64,000 bases of DNA from the NCBI GenBank assembly GCA_035084275.1, contig CM068763.1, positions 10,850,001 through 10,914,000 of the forward strand. The letters run 5' to 3'. The DNA comes from Hydrolagus colliei. Lineage: Eukaryota. The notes beneath the pieces are model-generated. The model saw nothing but the letters and a program-made list of their open reading frames with translations, was not told the origin of the DNA and searched no databases. How positions within the stretch are numbered: the stretch's first letter is position 1; each line of letters begins with the position of its first letter. The translations under genes and the position numbers were made by a program. Below, piece after piece: positions 57,156 through 64,000 of this stretch.

Positions 57156-58337
57156 ACAGAATATTAACAGAATCGTTGAAGCATTTTGATGTAACAAATC
57201 ATTGAAAAAAATTCAAATAGCCATATAAGTAGTCGTTGTAATAGCAGATAAATGAATGCACCATAGAACTGGGTTTAAACTAAAATTAGTGATAGTTACT
57301 GTTGACCCTGAAAATACATCGAGTTTCACCATCCAACCCAGCTGTGAAGGCAGCTGTGTAGACCAGAGAACAGAAGAGAGCAGGATAGAAACGAACTTGT
57401 GTGAAGAATGAGTCCATTTCAGTGGTTGTGTGACTCCCAGCATTATCACCTGGACAACACAGAACAGAAAGGGTTAATGGCTCATCGAGTCAGTTCTTTA
57501 CACAAGTCACTCAGACATGTGGCCTACGCAATATAGCCAATACCCAGTCATTTTTGTCGTCCCGTCTCAAAATATTGTCTCAAAAGGCTCCATATGGTCA
57601 GGAATAGAATGGCAGGGAACAGCCCCTGAGTCCTGATCTTGGTGAAGATCAGATACAATAATAATCCTTGCGTTTGATATCGCAGCTGATCACAAATTCG
57701 AGTCGTCTCAGAGCGGCTTCACAGGATATCCTGTAAAATGAATTGACTTTATATTTCATGTTACATCTCTCAATGTATTTATTGAGTGACTGAATTGTTA
57801 TATATTTTGGAAGAAATTCGTATCCCTGGAATAAGTATTGACTATCAACTTGTTACTACTAGGTAAACAGAGGCCTGTGTGTGTGTGTGGAGTAGAGCAT
57901 ACCCATATCCTCCAGAAGAGCCAATTGAAAATAAGTCCTACATTTAGCTCAGTGGTTAAAGCACTTAGTGCAAATGGCAGCAAATAACAGGTCCAGGTAG
58001 CAGTCATTCAGTGGGTGGTGCATTGAATAATCTGATTTGTCCTTTTTCTATTGGTTTCATTTTACAAGTAATTACATGAAATAAAACGAAAATATTATTA
58101 TTATCCAGTAACCAATCACAATGCCTCCAACTACCTCATGGTTTCTTGGTGTCTCAGTAAAAACAAATTCTCAGTGTCTTAGTGCCTGCAGGCTTCTACA
58201 GTAATTGCATCTCTCATAATTTAAACCCAGTCCTATGGTACATTCATTTACCTGTTAGTACAATGACTACTTGAATACTTTTCAATGATTCGTTACATCA
58301 CAATGCTTCAAAAACATAAAGTCTTTCTATATCATAA

Positions 58338-59126
58338 TAATCTTTGATGATGGGTCCATCGAAGAGGAGAGCTGTGAGGCGAGACTTGAAGGAGGCCAGG
58401 GAGGGGGAGAGGGTCTTTGGGATGGAGTTCCAGAGGTTGGGGACAGAATGGCTGAAGGCTCACCCACCAATGGTTGGGTGGGTGGGTTGGGGGACGTGGA
58501 GTAGGCCAGAGCCTGATGAACAGAGGGGGCGGGCATGTTGGTAAAGGGATAGGAGGTCATGGTTGTAGGGTCGGGCGAGGTTGTGGAGGACTTTAAATGT
58601 GAGGATCAGGATCTTGAATTGGATCCTTTGGGGAGCCAATGTAGTCGAGCAAGGATGGGGGAGATGGGGTCATGGAGTTTGGAACAGTAAAGGATACGGG
58701 CCACAGAGTTCTGGATTATCTGCAGCCTGTGGAGGGCCGACCAGCAAGACATTTGCATAATCGAACCAGGATGTAATGAAGGCATGGATGAGGTTTTCAG
58801 TGGCTTTGAGGTTGAGGAAATGGTGGAGTCGAAAAATATTGCATAGGTGGAGAAAGCCTGAGTGAGTCTTTCCTTGAATATGGGGGAGGAAGACAGTTAA
58901 TGTCGAACAAGACAACTAGGTTTCTGACAGACTTGATTAGGTTGAGTGAGTAACCATGGAGGCTGAGGCAGCCAGAGCCTGATACAAGAAGGTGCTGGCG
59001 TGAGCCAATCAGTAGGGCCTCTGTCTTCAACTGTAGAAAGTTAGCTCTCATCCAGGACTTGATGTCTGACCGAGGTAGTCCTAGAGTCGAGAGTAAATGC
59101 AGAGAGATAGAGTTGGATGTCATCCA
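58338..59126 (-). mobile_element. Old L2 LINE, 3' part (host of the nested insertion; continues at 60915-61075)
   Basis: Colinear with 27745-28575; interrupted after GGATGTCATCCA. Confidence 0.85.
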
Positions 59127-60914
59127 ACAACAACAAATTATACTTATAACGCGTCTTTCACGTCGGGAGGACGTCCCAAGGCGCTGCACAGGAGGCATGT
59201 GACCCGAGCTGGGAGGGGAGTGTACGGGAAGGGGTGAAACACGAAGGGGAGGTCGAAGAATTCAGGGTGGAACAAAAGGCACGGTCGAAGAGGAAAGTCT
59301 TCAAACCGGCCTTGAAAGAGGAAAGGGAAGAAACGAGACGGAGGGATTGGGGGATGGAATTCCATAGGATTGGAGCAGAAAAACTGAAGGCCCGGCCTCC
59401 GATGGTGGGGCGATTCGGGCGGGGGGCTTGGAGCAGGCCAAGTCCTGGTGAACGGAGGGTCCGGGTGGGCTTGTAGGGGGAAAGTAAATTGGTTAAATAG
59501 GGTGGGGCAAGGCCATGTAAGGCCTTCAAGGTGAGGACGAGGATCTTGAACTCGATCCTCTGGAGGATGGGGAGCCAGTGGAGACGGGCGAGGGTGGGGG
59601 TTATATGGTCGCGGATGCGGGTGCGGGATAATACACGGGCTGCAGAGTTTTGGATGACCTGCAGCCTGTGAATGGAGGAACTGGGGAGGCCGACGAGGAG
59701 AGAATTTCCATAGTCCAGCCGTGAGGTGATGTACGCGTGCACGGGTGTTTCGGCAGCGTGGGGGGTGAGATAGTTGCGGAGCCTGGCAATGTTGCACAGG
59801 TGGAAATAAGCGGTGCCGGTCAAGGCACGGATATGGGGGAGGAAGGAAAGTTTTTGGTCGAACATGATGCCGAGGTTCCTGATTGGCTTTGTGAGGTGGA
59901 GAGTACAGCCTTGGATGTTGAGGCTGGCAGTGCCTGATGTGCGGACGCGCTGGCTTGAGCCGATCAGGAGGGCCTCGGTCTCACTCATGTTCAATTGCAG
60001 GAAGTTGTCCCTCGTCCAGGACTTGATGTCGGACAGACATGCTGTTAGAACATCGATGGTCTGGGGGTTGAGGGATGAGGCAGAAAGGTACAGTTGGGTG
60101 TCGTCTGCATACATGTGGATATTTACCCCATGTCTACGGATGACATCGCCCAGAGGGAGCGTGTAAAGGGTGAAAAGGAGGGGGCCGAGGACAGAGCCCT
60201 GAGGGACACCGTGAGAAACTGTGCGGGGGTTTGAGGAAAAATCATTGGAAGATACAAAGTGTAAATGGTGGGTCAGGTAGGAATGGAACCAGTCAAGGAC
60301 TGTGCCTTGAAGGTTGAGGTGGGAGGAAAGACGTTGGAGGAGGATGGTGTGATCGACTGTGTTGAATGCAGCAGACAGGTCAAGGAGGACGAGGAGGCAG
60401 AGGGAGCGTTGGTCACAGGCGGTTAGGATGTCATTTGTAACCTTAACCAGGGCAGTTTCTGTGCTGTGAATAGGGCGGAAACCTGATTGGAGGGGTTCAA
60501 GGAGTGAGTGAGTTGAAAGGAAAGAGCGGAGCTGGGAGGCAACCACTCTTTCAAGGACCTTGGATAAAAACAGGAGGTTGGAGATGGGTCGATATGTTGA
60601 TGGTTGCGACGCATCAAGGGAGGGTTTCTTCAGGATAGGGGTGATGGTGGCTGTTTTAAGGGAGGTAGGGACGGTGCCTGAGGAGAGAGAAAGGTTGATG
60701 GTGTCAGAAATGAGAGGGGCCAAAAGGTGGAGCTGGGTGCGGAGGAGGGGGGTGGGGATGGGGACCAATGAGCACGTGGTGGGTTTCATGGAGATGATCA
60801 TTTTTGTGACTAAAGACGGAGTGGTGGGGTTGAAAGTGTGAAATGGGGGGTGGGTGGGGCTTGAAGTAACGGATGGAGGGGCGGAGGTGGAGGAGAGGTG
60901 GGGGGAGGAAACCG
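59127..60914 (-). mobile_element. Young 5'-truncated L2 LINE with intact RT frame
   Basis: Open frame with [36 protein letters not shown] and YADD motifs, a 3' tail and (TTG)n; absent from the paralogous site at about 28576. Confidence 0.95.
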
Positions 60915-61099
60915 CGGATATGTGGAAGTTAACCCCATGTCTGCAGATGATGTCACCAAGTGGGAGCACATAAATGTTGAAAGATAGGGGGACAAGGACA
61001 GAGCCCTGGGGGACCCCACGGGTGACAGTGCGAGTGCGAGTGCGGGAGCTGGAAGAATCATAGAATCTTACAGCCCATCGAGTCTTGTGCCTGCTCTTT

Positions 61100-61520
61100 A
61101 ATCCCACTCCCCAGCTCTCTCCCCATAACCGCGCAAACCCGTCCTCCCCAAATAAGGTGCCTCCACCACCTTTTCAGGCGATGCATTCCAGATTCGAACA
61201 ACTCACTGGGTGAAAACATTTCTCATCATCTCCTCTCAGCTTCTTTTAGAAGCTATTTTAAATCTGTGACCACAAGTCACTGATATGCCCACCAGCGGAA
61301 ACAGTTTTTCTGTTTTGCTGTGTTAAATACCCTCGTGATCTTAAAAATCCTACTACGTAACCTTCTCTGTTCCAATGAGAATAAACCTGGCCTTTCCTCA
61401 TAGCTGAAGTCCCTCATTCCTGGTACCATCCTGGTAAATCTCCTCTGCCCATATTGCCTCCCCTCATTTGTCCTCCCAAAATCCATCACCTCACATTTCT
61501 CCACATTAAATTTCAAGAGA
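61100..61520 (-). mobile_element. Degraded CR1 3' fragment (duplicate of 28770-29190)
   Basis: Colinear sequence match to 28770-29190. Confidence 0.8.
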
Positions 61521-62492
61521 AACCGTTGGTCACACCCACATCCACCGACTCGTCCAGAAACAAAATTGTCACACGGTTTTGCCCGCAAGCTACATAAGTG
61601 TGTGAGAGAGAGAGAGAGAGAGCCTGGCAGACAATTTATTTTCTACATCAAATGCAAGTATTATTATTATTATTAAACATTAAACAGGCTGATGTTAGTG
61701 ATTGAGTTTGTGAATCTCCAGAAAAATAATGTGTCTCACAACCTGCATGTTTATTGTGGTTCTTGTGTTGGGTTTAGGATTCACATCAATAGATTTATAC
61801 AGAATAATAATGTAGATATATAATGATGAAAGATTTATACATAGATATACAATAATAATATTGTTCATTAGGGTCATCCACCGGGAAGATACACTGAGCA
61901 GTCAATAGGGGAAAGGCAGAGGAGGGGGACAGGGGAGAGGGAGGAGGGGGACAGGGGAGAGGGAGGAGGGAAGCAGGGAGGAGGGGGAGAGAGGAGAGAG
62001 GGAGGAAGGGGAGAGGGGGAGAGGGGAAGAGAGGGGAGAGGAAGGAAGGGGGGAGAGGGAGGAGGGGGACAGGGGAGAGGGGTCAGGGGAGAGGGAGGAA
62101 GAGGAGAGGGACAGGGGAGATGGAGGGAGACAGGGGAGAGGGAGGGGTGGGGGAGACAGGGGGAAGGGAGTGGGCGGTACAGAAGAGAAGGAGGGGAGGA
62201 GGATGGAGACAGGGTGTGGAGTGGGGGAGACATACAGACAAAGACAGACAAAACACACCAAGAGAAAACAAGAGAAAACATGCAGGGACTTTCTCTTTAA
62301 GGCTCAGCTATCATGCAGAGGATCTAGTTTCAGAGTGAGAGGGAGGAGGTGGGGGGGAGGGGGGGGGGGGGGGGGGAGGGTTATACCGGATGTGTCATTG
62401 AATGTGTGAATCTGTATATTTGCAAACCACACATATCAGAAGCCAAACTGTTAGTGACACAGTATTGCACCAGAACTACATCAGTGTGGGGG

Positions 62493-62526
<34 letters not shown>

Positions 62527-63436
62527 CTTTACTACCTCAAATGCAAGTACCTGTATTATTATTATTATTATTAACACATTACACAGGCTGGTGTTAGTGA
62601 TTGAGTTAGTGATTCTCTGTGGATCGCCCCCAAAAATAATCTGTTTCTTGTATTCAGTTTAGGATTTATATCATTAATTAGATTGATACAGATAGAGCTA
62701 TAACAATAATACAGATAGATCTGTAATAATAATAATTATATAGATATATTGCCCCCAAAGGCACTATAACAGGCTGGAGTTTAGTTATTTTAAATAAGGC
62801 TTCTCTATATGTGTTTCTGACTTGACAAGGAGGTGAGTGTGGCTGGTGTGGCTGTGAGAGTCTCTGTGTCTGTGTGTGTGAGTGTATGTCTGTGAGTGTG
62901 TGTCTCACGACTGTGAGTCTCTATGTGTGCCTATGAAGCAATCTCCACTCGTTTGTGTGTGTGTGTTTGAGTCTCTAAGTACTGTACGTGCATGTGTCTG
63001 TATGCCTGTGTGTGTGTGTGTGTGTGTGTGTGAGAGCGTGTGTCTCGCTGTGTGTCTCTGTGTATGTGAGAGAGCCTGGCAGACAGTTTATTATATCAAT
63101 AATATTTTAAAAGAGTCGTATTTGAGTGTGGCTGAGAGGAGGCAGCGAATTTGGTGCGGGAAAACAGTGAAACAGTGGCAACGTTTTACTGCGTTCAATC
63201 TTAATATAGAAGCGAAACTGACAGAGAGTTCCAAGGACATTAGACTGAGAACAGACAGAGACTGTTCATTCCTGGCAAAGTTTTAACACAAGTGATCAAC
63301 CATTTCCTACAGTTGAGAAATTGCATCTTTCTGTATTTACAAAGTTAAAAGAAACAGTGAAAGGTGGAGATGGTCCCGGTGTTTACCAGGTGTCGTTGTT
63401 GCTTTTTGTTGACAGGTTGACATGAGACAAAGTGGG

Positions 63437-63488
63437 ATGAAAACTCTTCTGCCTGTTTTGGTGGCATTTGGCTTCAGATTAGTGGTTG
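63437..63488 (+). CDS. Gene F signal-peptide exon (B7-family copy continuing beyond the window)
   Basis: Encodes the same peptide as the gene E exon (MKTLLPVLVAFGFRLVV), with the same acceptor and donor and a near-identical intron to the window end; upstream ATG at 63422. Confidence 0.85.
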
Positions 63489-64000
63489 GTAAGTATCTTT
63501 ATTTGGTAGTTTTTGTTCCCTTCCGACCTGTTTTACACGAGGAAGGTTTATTGTTTGAGGATTACAAGATGAGCTACGTTTAGTAATAGAAGGTGAGGAA
63601 GTGTGTACAGTAGCCACTGTTGTTAGAATGAATTTCTAGACACAAATGATCATGTTATAACAGGGTGGGCATCTAGTTACTGCAGTAAACTGATAACTGG
63701 ACCCCAGCTTAACTTGTCAATAACACTTAAGTCATCATGCTGTCAGTGGCAACAATTATTTTTGTATTTATACTTAACCCGTCACTCAGGAAACTCTTCA
63801 CTAAACCTTATCCTTGGAGCGCCACATAAGTGCAAGTCCTTACTGGACTAATTGGAAGCTCACCAGATAATAATAATAATCTTTGCATTTGATATAGTGC
63901 TTTTCACATCTTACCGATGTCTTATCGATGTCTCAAAGCGTTTCACAAATGTATTGTAAAGTGAATTGACTATACAGCATATATACATATACACACAGAC

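Noticed and set aside
59120-59135. Target-site duplication for the nested L2
   Set aside because: The flanks CATCCA and CGGATATG show no duplicated motif; only the empty-site comparison supports the boundaries.
59158-61107. 649-aa ORF as a host gene or a complete autonomous retroelement
   Set aside because: It is a chance in-frame fusion of an old L2 fragment with a 5'-truncated young L2, and lacks the endonuclease domain and ORF1.

Overview
Repeat-rich vertebrate genomic DNA. The CR1, L2, DeuSINE and Penelope-like repeat complement suggests a cartilaginous fish, possibly a chimaera (inference only). The window is dominated by a tandem/inverted array of B7-family (CD276/VTCN1/HHLA2-like) type I membrane genes, reconstructed by hand from splice signals. 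There is one divergent IgV-only gene (A, +, 9234-11953, splice phase mismatch), four intact signal peptide-IgV-IgC-TM genes (B + 19767-23444; C + 34079-36058; D - 43625-40469; E + 50553-52960), the first coding exon of a further copy (F, 63437-63488, runs off the window) and two A-type pseudo-exon fragments. Notable features of B-E: both canonical IgC cysteines are replaced by Phe; IgV differences are strongly non-synonymous and cluster on the predicted C-C'-C''/FG face; the TM helix has a central Glu (Gln in C); and the cytoplasmic tails differ (ITIM-like SCYTKL only in B). The copies are mosaics of each other, and there is a perfect ISRE upstream of C. The left end holds a CCAAT/GC-box promoter and the first exons of an unidentified minus-strand gene. 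Mobile elements include a hAT element with 8-bp TSD carrying a 1.1-kb minisatellite, a Tc2-type MITE, a young L2 nested in-frame in an old L2, a split/inverted CR1, putative LTRs and many tRNA-derived SINEs. There is one 147-N assembly gap. All counts were made by hand.
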